From Candidatus Omnitrophota bacterium (GTDB taxonomy: Bacteria > Omnitrophota > Gorgyraeia > Zapsychrales > Fredricksoniimonadaceae), in contig JBGAJA010000001.1 of assembly GCA_044225175.1 (NCBI GenBank), positions 6,994 through 70,993 on the forward strand: 64,000 bases of DNA, read 5' to 3'. Below the pieces are notes generated by a model, which saw only the letters and a list, made by a program, of their open reading frames with translations, ran no database searches and was not told the DNA's origin. The position numbers and the translations under genes were made by a program. Of this stretch, positions 19,616 to 29,052 are shown piece by piece (the stretch's first letter is position 1; each line of letters begins with the position of its first letter).

Positions 19616-22600
19616 ATGAAGGAGCAGTATTCTTTAAATTCCCAAAGATATTTTGTTATTGAAGATTTTCAACATGCAAAGATATTTTCAAATTTTTTCC
19701 CTGGTGTTGCTGGCCTATGGGGCGTTCCCATGTGGGCTTTTTATGTGAATCGCGGGCAAGCCATCAGCTCTTTTGGGATTGAATCTAAAGATAAAGCTAT
19801 TTTAGAGTTTCAACCAGCCAACAAAGCTTATCGATTAACATCGATCCAAGGTTTTAGAACATTTCTTAAAGTCAGTGACGGCAGGAACCAGAAGTTTTAT
19901 GAACCATTTTCCAATAGTCTTGTCAGTCCGTATAAAATCCAACAACGTATGATCATCTCAAGTCATGATTTGACCATTGAAGAGATCAATACGACCTTGG
20001 GGCTTAAAACTACCATTAATTATTTCACATTACCTCAAGAGCCTTTTGCGGCACTTGTTCGTCGAGTCAGTATAGAGAATGTTTCCAAGAAAGAGCTCCA
20101 CATTGAATGCCTCGATGGTCTTCCCGCTATCAATCCGTACGGTTTAAAAGATTGGTTGGGTAAGCACATTTCACGTACCGTTGAAGCATGGGTTGCAGTC
20201 CGTAATCTTTCCAAAAAAGCACCTTTTTATCAATTTAAGGTGGAAGTGGCAGATACCCCTCAAGTCACACCCATTGAAGAGGGTAATTTTTATTTTGCTT
20301 TCAATGATTCCCATGAACTATTAGATATGATTGCGGATGCCGAAGCTATCTTTGGACAAGCTAGCGATTTCTTGGTTCCTGAGAATTTTATTAACTCAAA
20401 AGAGTTTGAAGTTAACAAAATTCAACAAACATCTAATCGAACTCCATGTGCTTTTAGCTTTTTTAAAAATACATTAGCTGCAGGTAAGACGAGTAATTTA
20501 ACTGCTTTAGCTGGTTTTGCTCATGATTTGACAGAACTCAACAGTGTCGTTAAGAAGTCATTGCGTAAAGGATATATTGAAGAAAAAGTGAAGCAAAATC
20601 ATCAAATCATAGAAGATATCAAAGGTAATTGCTTAACACATAGCGCTTCAGACAGTTTTAACGAATATTGTGGTCAAACATTCCTTGATAATATTCTGCG
20701 AGGAGGACTGCCAATTTCTTTAGATACAGCTGATGGGCCTGTGTCTTTTAATGTCTATAGCCGTAAGCATGGGGATTTGGAACGCGATTATAATTTCTTT
20801 ACTCTTGCCCCTACATTTCTGTCTCAGGGAAATGGAAATTATCGTGATGTGAATCAAAATCGCCGCAATGACATATGGTTTAATCAAGATGTGGGAGACA
20901 GTGCGATTGTCAATTTTATGAATTTAATCCAAGCTGATGGATACAATTCGCTGGTTGTCAAGGGATTGAGCTTCTCCATTAATGATACTAAAGCAATTGA
21001 TGAGATTATTAAGGATTTTGATATCACGGATAAGGTCCAGGAGGTAAAGAACCTTCTTCATAAAGGCTTTATGCCTGGAAATTTATTAAAGTTAGTGATT
21101 CGTGAGGGTTTGATCAAGTCCAATCCTAAAGAGTTCCTAGCGGCTGTTCTTTCGGTGAGTCAGAAAAGAGAAGAAGCAGATTTTGGGGAAGGATATTGGA
21201 GCGACCATTGGACTTATAATTTAGATTTGATTGAAAGTTTTCTGGCTCTTTATCCTGAAAAATTAAAATCAATTCTTTTAGATAAAAAAGAGTTCAGCTT
21301 TTATTTAAACGATACATATGTGCTTCCTCGGTCTAAAAGATATGTAGTTACTGATCGCGGCATTCGTCAATACCACTCCTTACAGGAGCATGATAAAGAT
21401 GTGAAAGCCAAGGAAAAGGGCAATCAATTGCGTGTCAAATCTGGAAGCGGGGATGTTTATCACACTAATCTTATCGTCAAGATTATTTGTCTTTTGGCCA
21501 ATAAGGCTGCCACACTTGATCCTTCTGGAATTGGGATTGAAATGGAGGCCAATAAGCCTAATTGGTATGATGCTTTAAATGGTCTTCCAGGTCTTCTTGG
21601 TTCTTCTATTAGTGAAACATTTGAATTAAAACGATGGGCCTTATTTGTTAAAACAAGCTTAAATGAATTGAATGTTCCTGATTCACAAAAGGTGGAGTTC
21701 TTTGAAGAGCTTGCTGACTTTGTAACTGGCCTGACTCATATATTATCCAGTGAGAAGGATAGTCTTAAATACTGGCAGAAATCCAATGACCTTAAGGAGC
21801 TGTATCGTCAACACGTGCGAATGGGAATTGTGGGAACTCTTAAAGTGATGACAGTTGCTGAGATTAAGAAATTCTTAGAGGCTGTTATAGCCAAGGTTGA
21901 TGTAGGAATTTCTAATGCTCGTTTGAATAATGGTCTGTTTTCAACATATTTTTACCATGAAGTAATACAGCATGAAGTTTTAGATAAGAGCCATCAAGGT
22001 ACACATCATGTGAAGCCGTTGAAATTCCAACGCCATGATTTGCCTTTGTTCTTAGAAGGATTTGTTCATGCCTTTCGTGTATTAGATAATCGAGGCGCTC
22101 TTGAGCTTTTTCGTGGAGTCAAGAAGAGTCCCTTGTATGATAAAAAACTTGGAATGTACAAGGTCACTGCAGATCTTTCTAAAGAAACAGAAGAAATCGG
22201 CCGTACAAGAGTGTTTCCTGCGGGATGGCTTGAGAATGAATCTATTTGGCTCCATATGGAATACAAGTATCTCTTGGAGCTCCTCAGGAAAGGTCTGATT
22301 TCAGAATTCTATGATGAGATTAAGACTGCTTTCGTACCTTTCTTAGATCCTTCCACATATGGAAGAAGTATTTTAGAGAATTCATCTTTTATCGTTTCTT
22401 CGGCCCATGAAGATAAAAATTTACATGGTCAGGGATTTGTCGCAAGGCTATCAGGAAGTACGGCAGAATTTTTGCACATTTGGCTGTTGATGAATATGGG
22501 ACTTAAACCATTTTCTCTTAAAGAAGGCCAATTGACATTGACATTTGCGCCTTTGCTTTCTGAAGCAATGTTTTCGAAGAAAGACACCGCGGAGTTTCCT

Positions 22601-22825
22601 GCCAATACATATGCATTTAAGTTTTTAGCAAAGACATTGGTTGTGTATCACAATCCTCTTCGTCAAAACACATATGGTGCCAAAAGTGTCAGTGCTTCTA
22701 AAATTATTTTGACTTATCCTGATAGTCGTCGCAAGGTAGAGATAACAGGAGGGGTAGTTCAAGGGGATGTAGCCAAAGAAATTCGAAGCGGTTTAGTATC
22801 AAGAATTGATATTATTCTTGGTTAA
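19616..22825 (+). CDS. Large glycoside phosphorylase, probably GH161 beta-1,3-glucan phosphorylase-like
   Basis: Motifs PMWAFYVNRGQ, YSRKHGDLERDYNFF, SQGNGNYRDVNQNRR, EGYWSDHWTY, GWLENESIWLHMEYKY, ARLSGSTAE; family recalled from motifs, not searched. Confidence 0.65.
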   Translation: MKEQYSLNSQRYFVIEDFQHAKIFSNFFPGVAGLWGVPMWAFYVNRGQAISSFGIESKDKAILEFQPANKAYRLTSIQGFRTFLKVSDGRNQKFYEPFSNSLVSPYKIQQRMIISSHDLTIEEINTTLGLKTTINYFTLPQEPFAALVRRVSIENVSKKELHIECLDGLPAINPYGLKDWLGKHISRTVEAWVAVRNLSKKAPFYQFKVEVADTPQVTPIEEGNFYFAFNDSHELLDMIADAEAIFGQASDFLVPENFINSKEFEVNKIQQTSNRTPCAFSFFKNTLAAGKTSNLTALAGFAHDLTELNSVVKKSLRKGYIEEKVKQNHQIIEDIKGNCLTHSASDSFNEYCGQTFLDNILRGGLPISLDTADGPVSFNVYSRKHGDLERDYNFFTLAPTFLSQGNGNYRDVNQNRRNDIWFNQDVGDSAIVNFMNLIQADGYNSLVVKGLSFSINDTKAIDEIIKDFDITDKVQEVKNLLHKGFMPGNLLKLVIREGLIKSNPKEFLAAVLSVSQKREEADFGEGYWSDHWTYNLDLIESFLALYPEKLKSILLDKKEFSFYLNDTYVLPRSKRYVVTDRGIRQYHSLQEHDKDVKAKEKGNQLRVKSGSGDVYHTNLIVKIICLLANKAATLDPSGIGIEMEANKPNWYDALNGLPGLLGSSISETFELKRWALFVKTSLNELNVPDSQKVEFFEELADFVTGLTHILSSEKDSLKYWQKSNDLKELYRQHVRMGIVGTLKVMTVAEIKKFLEAVIAKVDVGISNARLNNGLFSTYFYHEVIQHEVLDKSHQGTHHVKPLKFQRHDLPLFLEGFVHAFRVLDNRGALELFRGVKKSPLYDKKLGMYKVTADLSKETEEIGRTRVFPAGWLENESIWLHMEYKYLLELLRKGLISEFYDEIKTAFVPFLDPSTYGRSILENSSFIVSSAHEDKNLHGQGFVARLSGSTAEFLHIWLLMNMGLKPFSLKEGQLTLTFAPLLSEAMFSKKDTAEFPANTYAFKFLAKTLVVYHNPLRQNTYGAKSVSASKIILTYPDSRRKVEITGGVVQGDVAKEIRSGLVSRIDIILG

Positions 22826-22834
22826 TTTATAATG

Positions 22835-22863
22835 GTAGGGACAGAACACTATTCTGTCCCTAC
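22835..22863. repeat. GTAG-type REP-like palindrome (intergenic)
   Basis: GTAGGGACAGAA-cacta-TTCTGTCCCTAC. Confidence 0.8.
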
Positions 22864-22882
22864 AAAATAGAAAGGGATAGTT

Positions 22883-23398
22883 ATGCAAAAGCCTTTAGTT
22901 GGAATCATCATGGGAAGTCAGTCTGATTTGAAATTAATGAGTGGTGCTGCGGATATCTTAGAGGAACTTGGCGTTCCCTTTGAAATCTCAGTGATCTCTG
23001 CCCATAGAACCCCCGATCGTGCATTGGAATACAGCCAGACGGCTATTAGTCGGGGATTAAAAGTAATCATTGCAGGCGCAGGGGGGGCTGCCCACTTAGC
23101 AGGAGTGACGGCGGCTTTAACAACCCTTCCAGTCATTGGGGTTCCTGTTAAATCTTCTAATTCACTGATTGGCTTAGACTCATTGCTTTCCATTGTGCAA
23201 ATGCCCGAGGGAATTCCGGTTGCTTCTGTTGCCATTGATGGAGCTAAAAATGCAGGGATTCTAGCTGCTCAGATCATTGCAACTCATGATGAATCGTTGA
23301 GAGCAAAACTAACTACATTTAAAAAGAATTTAAAAGAAAAAGCAGAGAAAGCAGATGCAAATCTTCAACTCAAAGGACATAAAGCTTTAATAGCTTAA
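22883..23398 (+). CDS. purE: N5-carboxyaminoimidazole ribonucleotide mutase
   Basis: [35 protein letters not shown]. Confidence 0.97.
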   Translation: MQKPLVGIIMGSQSDLKLMSGAADILEELGVPFEISVISAHRTPDRALEYSQTAISRGLKVIIAGAGGAAHLAGVTAALTTLPVIGVPVKSSNSLIGLDSLLSIVQMPEGIPVASVAIDGAKNAGILAAQIIATHDESLRAKLTTFKKNLKEKAEKADANLQLKGHKALIA

Positions 23399-23411
23399 AG
23401 GAGAAATAGTT

Positions 23412-23723
23412 ATGAAAAAGAATGTGGGATTAATGTTGGCGTTGTTTTTAGGCGTAAGCTTTCTTAGCGCAGCATTTGCTCAAGATGTACCAACAGCACC
23501 TGCTTCTAGCGCAAAGAATCAAGCTATTGATTCAGCTTTAGAGAAATCTAGCGTCTCATCAAAGAAATCCATGAAAAAGCATTCCAAGAAAAAAGGATAT
23601 ATTAAAGGTCAGCATCCACATAAAAAGTTGAAGAAGTCTAAGAGAACTAAGAAAGCGCATCATAAGAAGGCAGTAGTAAAAAACCAAGATAATTCTACGG
23701 TACAAACCCCTATCAATAATTAA
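23412..23723 (+). CDS. Small secreted Lys/His-rich protein
   Basis: Signal peptide ending AFA; highly basic low-complexity body; RBS AAGGAG. Confidence 0.7.
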   Translation: MKKNVGLMLALFLGVSFLSAAFAQDVPTAPASSAKNQAIDSALEKSSVSSKKSMKKHSKKKGYIKGQHPHKKLKKSKRTKKAHHKKAVVKNQDNSTVQTPINN

Positions 23724-23734
23724 TTCATTTTTTT

Positions 23735-23763
23735 GTAGAGACGAGGCGCTGCCTCGTCTCTAC
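23735..23763. repeat. GTAG-type REP-like palindrome (intergenic)
   Basis: GTAGAGACGAGGC-gct-GCCTCGTCTCTAC. Confidence 0.8.
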
Positions 23764-23791
23764 GTCATTTTACAAAAATATAATCATTAGG

Positions 23792-23811
23792 CCTGCCTGC
23801 CGGCAGGCAGG
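23792..23811. repeat. Perfect 20-bp palindrome next to the moxR RBS
   Basis: CCTGCCTGCC GGCAGGCAGG. Confidence 0.7.
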
Positions 23812-23820
23812 GAGGATCGT

Positions 23821-24816
23821 ATGGTGGGTCAAGGTGTAGGTCTCATTAATGAAAAGGTCAAACAAGAATCAGCAGTTCTTGAGGCTATTCGTCTGCAAAT
23901 GAGCAAGATTCTTATCGGTCAAACATCCATGATTGACAGGCTTTTGATTGGAATTTTAGGCAATGGCCATATTCTTTTAGAAGGCGTTCCAGGATTAGCC
24001 AAGACAACTGCAGTCAGGACTTTATCACAAACCATTCAAGCAAAATTTCAGCGCATTCAATTTACCCCTGACATGCTTCCGGCGGATTTAATTGGAACAT
24101 TGATTTATGATCAGCGAAGCGGGAATTTTAATATTAAAAAAGGACCAATCTTTGCCAATATCATTTTAGCGGATGAGATCAATCGTGCACCAGCCAAGGT
24201 CCAAAGCGCTCTTCTTGAAGCCATGCAGGAAAGGCAGGTTACAATTGGTGATCAAACCCTTAAGTTGGAAGATCCTTTTCTTGTATTAGCAACACAAAAC
24301 CCTATTGAGCAGGAAGGGACTTATCCTTTACCCGAAGCCCAAGTGGATCGTTTTATGTTAAAGGTGAAGGTGGATTATCCAACCAAAGATGAAGAGCTTA
24401 AGATTTTAAGAAGGATGGCAACTACTCATATTCCTCATGATGTACAGTCGGTTTTAACTCCAGAAGATATCTTACGATTGCGGTATTTAGTTGATGAGAT
24501 TTATATGGATGAAAAGATTGAGCAGTATATTGTCAATCTTGTAGATGCCACAAGACATCCTAAAAATTATCAATTAAAAGATCTTCAAGATCTCATTCAA
24601 TATCCTGCCAGCCCACGAGCAACAATATTTTTAGCTATTGCGAGTAAGGCATATGCTTTTATTCAAGGAAGAGGATTTGTGACTCCTCAAGATGTTAAAT
24701 CAATCGGAGTGGATGTTTTGCGTCACCGTTTGATTGTCAGTTATGAAGCGGAAGCAGAAGGAAAAACACCAGAAGATATAATTAAAAGTATCTTTGATCA
24801 AGTTGAAGTCCCATGA
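23821..24816 (+). CDS. moxR: MoxR-family AAA+ ATPase
   Basis: LLEGVPGLAKT, RIQFTPDMLPAD, LADEINRAPAKVQSALLEAMQE, ATQNPIEQEGTYPLPEAQVDRF. Confidence 0.95.
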   Translation: MVGQGVGLINEKVKQESAVLEAIRLQMSKILIGQTSMIDRLLIGILGNGHILLEGVPGLAKTTAVRTLSQTIQAKFQRIQFTPDMLPADLIGTLIYDQRSGNFNIKKGPIFANIILADEINRAPAKVQSALLEAMQERQVTIGDQTLKLEDPFLVLATQNPIEQEGTYPLPEAQVDRFMLKVKVDYPTKDEELKILRRMATTHIPHDVQSVLTPEDILRLRYLVDEIYMDEKIEQYIVNLVDATRHPKNYQLKDLQDLIQYPASPRATIFLAIASKAYAFIQGRGFVTPQDVKSIGVDVLRHRLIVSYEAEAEGKTPEDIIKSIFDQVEVP

Positions 24817-25688
24817 TACCCAAAGAAATTCTCGATAAGGTCCGTCGTATTGAGATTACTACCTCGCGTTTGGTCAATGATGTCTTTGCAGGCGCCTATC
24901 ATAGTGCATTCAAAGGTCGAGGGATGGAATTCGACCAGGTGCGCGAATATGATTTAGGTGATGATATCCGAAGCATTGACTGGAATGTCACCGCCCGTAC
25001 GGGAAAACCCCACATCAAGAAGTATGTCGAAGAGCGGGAACTCAGTGTCATGATTTTAGTTGATGCTTCGGCTTCAAATTATTTTGCCTCCGGGGGTATT
25101 TTAAAGAACCAATTAGCTGCAGAATTAGCCGCTGTCTTAGCTTTTGCTGCAATCAGAAACAATGATAAGGTCGGTCTTATTATGTTTACTGATCAAGTCG
25201 AGCTTTTCATTGCGCCTCGTAAGGGAAAGGGGCATGTCTTGAGGCTTATTCGAGAGGTCCTTTATTTTAAACCTAAAGGCACTCAAACCAATATTCCAGA
25301 AGCTTTGGAATACTTAATTCGCGTTTCCAAACGCCGATGTGTTGGCTTTCTCATTTCAGATTTCTTTGAAAATGACCTTCAGAAAATATTGAATCTAACT
25401 AATAAGCGTCATGATTTGGTTGCGATCACCCTTAATGATCCTCGGGAATATTTTTTGCCTGATTGTGGGCTTATTGAAATGATGGATGCTGAAAATGGCC
25501 AATTGAAAATTATTGATACGTCTAATAAACAAATTCGAGCTTCTTATGAAAAACAAGCCAAGAGCCGTCTTGAGAAGCGCGAACGTCTTTTTAGTTTTGC
25601 GGGAATTGATCATATTGATCTAACGACGACGGAAACATATGTGTCCCAGCTGGTTGCTTTCTTTGCTGGGCGCCGAAGAAGATTATGA
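24813..25688 (+). CDS. DUF58 domain protein (MoxR-associated)
   Basis: GRGMEFDQVREY...GDDIRSIDWNVTAR. Confidence 0.92.
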   Translation: MIPKEILDKVRRIEITTSRLVNDVFAGAYHSAFKGRGMEFDQVREYDLGDDIRSIDWNVTARTGKPHIKKYVEERELSVMILVDASASNYFASGGILKNQLAAELAAVLAFAAIRNNDKVGLIMFTDQVELFIAPRKGKGHVLRLIREVLYFKPKGTQTNIPEALEYLIRVSKRRCVGFLISDFFENDLQKILNLTNKRHDLVAITLNDPREYFLPDCGLIEMMDAENGQLKIIDTSNKQIRASYEKQAKSRLEKRERLFSFAGIDHIDLTTTETYVSQLVAFFAGRRRRL

Positions 25689-26194
25689 ATACTGAAATCC
25701 ATGATATTAAACCTCCACTAGACATTCCCAGTCCATTGCTGTGGCTTTGGTTTCTTCTTGGACTGATTATTATTGGAGTGATTTTATTTTTTTTATGGTT
25801 ATGGTTCAAAAAGCGACCTCAAGTTTCAAAGTTAGAGCCATCCCTTCCTTCGATTCCTGCATGGCAGAAAGCCTATGATCGTTTGGAAAATCTTCGTTTT
25901 CAAAAATTGATGGAAAGAGCGGACTTAAAGCCTTTTTATATCGAACTTTCTAATATTATTAGGCATTATCTCGAAGAACAGTTTTCTATAAGAGCTCCTG
26001 AAATGACGACAGAGGAATTCTTAGAATCTTTAAAAAATTCAAATGTCTTAAACGATGCTCAAAAAATCACTTTGAAAGAGTTTTTATTCACCTGTGACAT
26101 GGTGAAATTTGCCAAAATGAAACCATCTTTGTCAGAAGCAGAACAAAGTTTTGCTTTAGCTAAGCAATTGATTGATCAAACTCATGGAATTTAA
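25685..26194 (+). CDS. Bat-operon membrane protein (DUF4381-like)
   Basis: IHDIKPP, one TM segment, EMTTEE, DMVKFAK; lies between DUF58 and batA. Confidence 0.75.
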   Translation: MNTEIHDIKPPLDIPSPLLWLWFLLGLIIIGVILFFLWLWFKKRPQVSKLEPSLPSIPAWQKAYDRLENLRFQKLMERADLKPFYIELSNIIRHYLEEQFSIRAPEMTTEEFLESLKNSNVLNDAQKITLKEFLFTCDMVKFAKMKPSLSEAEQSFALAKQLIDQTHGI

Positions 26195-27176
26195 AACACC
26201 TTGGTTATTAATTCTTTTGATCATATTTCCACTCTTCGTTTATTTTCAAAATAAGCGTAAGAAAGAATCTTCTTTTCGTTTTCCGTCGACTGCAATCATT
26301 GGAGATATTTCTAAAGGATGGAAGGCCAGGTTTTATCGGCTTCCTCTTTATTTGAGATGGTTTGCTATTTTACTATTAATTATAGGGCTTTCTGGTCCTC
26401 GTAAGGTCCTTGATCAAACTATTGTTGAAAGTGAAGGTATTGATATTGTCCTAAGTTTGGACGTATCTGGAAGTATGGCTGCAGAAGACTTTACAATTAA
26501 TGGTCAGAGGTTAAATCGTTTAGAGGCCATTAAATCTGTGGTGAAAGAATTCATTGATCAAAGAGCCAGCGATCGCCTGGGCTTGGTTGTATTTGGGGCA
26601 AGGGCTTATACGGTGTGCCCTTTAACAACGGATTATAAATGGCTTAAAGAAAATTTAAGCCGTGTGACATTAGGATTGGTAGAAGATGGGACGGCCATTG
26701 GTTCTGGAATTGCTTCAAGCATTCTTCGTTTTAAGGATAGTCGTGCCAAAAGTAAGATTGTGATTCTTTTGACCGATGGAGTTAATAATGCCGGAAATAT
26801 TGATCCCTTGACAGCTGCTAACATGGCTAAAACTACAGGTGTTAAGATCTATGTCATTGGAGCGGGAACGAATGGGCTGGCCCCCATGCCAGTGAATATG
26901 TTTGGAAGAAAAGTCTATCAGCAAGTCCAGGTAGATTTAGATGAAGGGCCTCTTAAAAAGATTGCAGAGATTACAGGAGCTAAATATTTTCGGGCCACAG
27001 ATACAGATTCTTTAAGGCACATCTATAAGGACATTGATGCATTAGAAAAAACTAAGATTACAACGAAGGGATATCGACAGTATCGAGAATTTTTTTGGCT
27101 TTTTATTTTAGGTGCCTTGGCATTATTGGGCTTAGCTATTATTCTAGAAAATACATTGCTGTTTAAAATTCCATGA
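26184..27176 (+). CDS. batA: BatA-like vWA domain protein
   Basis: N-terminal TM, DVSGSM MIDAS, GTAIG, LLTDG, C-terminal TM. Confidence 0.88.
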   Translation: MEFKTPWLLILLIIFPLFVYFQNKRKKESSFRFPSTAIIGDISKGWKARFYRLPLYLRWFAILLLIIGLSGPRKVLDQTIVESEGIDIVLSLDVSGSMAAEDFTINGQRLNRLEAIKSVVKEFIDQRASDRLGLVVFGARAYTVCPLTTDYKWLKENLSRVTLGLVEDGTAIGSGIASSILRFKDSRAKSKIVILLTDGVNNAGNIDPLTAANMAKTTGVKIYVIGAGTNGLAPMPVNMFGRKVYQQVQVDLDEGPLKKIAEITGAKYFRATDTDSLRHIYKDIDALEKTKITTKGYRQYREFFWLFILGALALLGLAIILENTLLFKIP

Positions 27177-28150
27177 AATTTGCCAATCCTTATTTACTCA
27201 ATTGGTTGTGGGTTGTGCCTATCCTTTGGCTTTTGCTGCGATTGTGTTTGCACCGAAGAGAGAAAAAGATGTCTCTTTTTGTAGAACAGAAGCTGCTAAA
27301 AGATATGGCCAATGAATTCTCTGTCAAACGTCTTAAATCTAAGAATTGGTTTCTTTTGATCTCATTGATTTGTCTCATTGTGGCCTTAGCTCGTCCACAA
27401 TGGGGATATTCCATTGAAAAAGTCAAGCAGCAGGGCTTAGATATTATTCTAGCAGTGGATGTTTCTAAGAGTATGTTGACAGCGGATGTTAAGCCTAGTC
27501 GTCTGGAACGTACTAAGCTTGCTATTAAAGATCTTTTAAAAGACATTAATGGGGATCGTTTAGGATTAATGGCTTTTGCGGGAGATGCTTTCTTAATGTG
27601 TCCTTTGACGGTGGATTATGCAGGTTTTAGTTTAAGTTTAGATGATTTAAGGCCTAATAGCATTCCAGTGGGGGGGACTAATATTGCGAAGGTCATTAAA
27701 GAGGCCAATAAAACATTTGGTTCGGACCAATTGAAGTACAAAGCGCTTGTTCTGTTGACAGATGGCGAAGAAGAGCAAGGAGAGGCTTTGTCTGAGGCTC
27801 GAAAAGCCAAAGAAAAAGGTATACGAGTTTTTACAATCGGAATTGGAACGAAAGAAGGAGACTTGATCCAAGTTCCTGATAGTGATGGAAATCTAGAATT
27901 TTTGAAAGACAATAACGGTAATTTTGTGAAATCGCATTTGAATGAAGAACTTCTGCAGAAAATTGCTTATGAAACTGGCGGTGCATATATTAGAGCCAGT
28001 GGAGCGCAGTTTGGTTTGGATTATCTTTACAATCATGAATTGTCCAAGTGGTCTAAGCGTGATTTTGAGGAGAGATCTGAAAAAAAGTTTCATGAACAGT
28101 TTCAATGGCCTCTTGCTTTGGCCATTGTTTTCTTGGTGTTAAGTTTATGA
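27173..28150 (+). CDS. batB: BatB-like vWA domain protein
   Basis: LARPQWG, DVSKSM...DVKPSRLERTK, PLTVDY, LLTDGE. Confidence 0.88.
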   Translation: MKFANPYLLNWLWVVPILWLLLRLCLHRREKKMSLFVEQKLLKDMANEFSVKRLKSKNWFLLISLICLIVALARPQWGYSIEKVKQQGLDIILAVDVSKSMLTADVKPSRLERTKLAIKDLLKDINGDRLGLMAFAGDAFLMCPLTVDYAGFSLSLDDLRPNSIPVGGTNIAKVIKEANKTFGSDQLKYKALVLLTDGEEEQGEALSEARKAKEKGIRVFTIGIGTKEGDLIQVPDSDGNLEFLKDNNGNFVKSHLNEELLQKIAYETGGAYIRASGAQFGLDYLYNHELSKWSKRDFEERSEKKFHEQFQWPLALAIVFLVLSL

Positions 28151-29052
28151 GAACATTTGTCCTTACTATTGTTATTGTTTTATTACCCTATGTATCGTGG
28201 GGTTCACAAAACTCTGAGATTAAAGAAGGTAACAGCTCGTTTAAAGCACACAAATGGGATGAATCCATTGATCATTATTTTAATGCACTTCAAGAAGCTA
28301 AGAATCCTGATATTATTCACTATAATTTAGGTTCAGCCTTTTATAAAAAAGGAAAATACGATCAGTCGATAGAACATTTAAAGAAGTCCATTACTGGCAA
28401 GAATTCAAAAATTTCTCAAAGGGCTTCATACAATTTAGGGAATGCGTTGTATCAAAAGGGAAAGACTCTAGAGAAAGAGAATTTAGATCAAGCCATTGAA
28501 TCCATGAAAGAGTCTTTGGGGCAATATTCTCAAGCATTACAAATGAACGCAAAAGATCATGATGCTGCTTATAATCAAAAGGTAGTGGAAGGAGAGCTTA
28601 AGCGATTAGAAGAAAAGAAGAAAGAACAGCAGGATCAGAAGAATCAACAGAACAATGAAAAACAGCAGTCCAAAGATCAAAATCAGCAAAAGGATCCACA
28701 ACAAAATCAAGCGCAGAATAAGAATCAAGAAAACCAAAACAAAGCTAATCCAAAGAGTCAGTCTGAAGATCAATCCTCTGCGAATAACAATAAAGAGCAG
28801 GAAAGAAAAGAAGAGAAAGAAGCTAAAGAAAAGAAAGCCCAAGAATCCCAAGCTCAAGAGAAAGATAAAAAGGATTCAGCTCAATCTTCAAAGAATCAGG
28901 AAGCGCAAGCAGGTGATGATCCTAAAGAAGAAATTAAGAAGCAACAAGTTCAACTATTGCTCAGAGAATATGAACGTGATGAAGCTCCTAAAGAGCTTTT
29001 GAATTTTATGAAACGTCATAAAGGAGATTCCCATGTGGACAAGGATTGGTAA
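28147..29052 (+). CDS. batC: BatC-like TPR protein with Gln/Lys/Glu-rich tail
   Basis: YNLGSAFYKKG and YNLGNALYQKG TPRs, low-complexity region, C-terminal KDW. Confidence 0.82.
   Translation: MRTFVLTIVIVLLPYVSWGSQNSEIKEGNSSFKAHKWDESIDHYFNALQEAKNPDIIHYNLGSAFYKKGKYDQSIEHLKKSITGKNSKISQRASYNLGNALYQKGKTLEKENLDQAIESMKESLGQYSQALQMNAKDHDAAYNQKVVEGELKRLEEKKKEQQDQKNQQNNEKQQSKDQNQQKDPQQNQAQNKNQENQNKANPKSQSEDQSSANNNKEQERKEEKEAKEKKAQESQAQEKDKKDSAQSSKNQEAQAGDDPKEEIKKQQVQLLLREYERDEAPKELLNFMKRHKGDSHVDKDW

Noticed and set aside
28606-29002. Alternative-frame ORFs over the batC low-complexity region
   Set aside because: By-products of the A-rich Gln/Lys/Glu tract typical of BatC.
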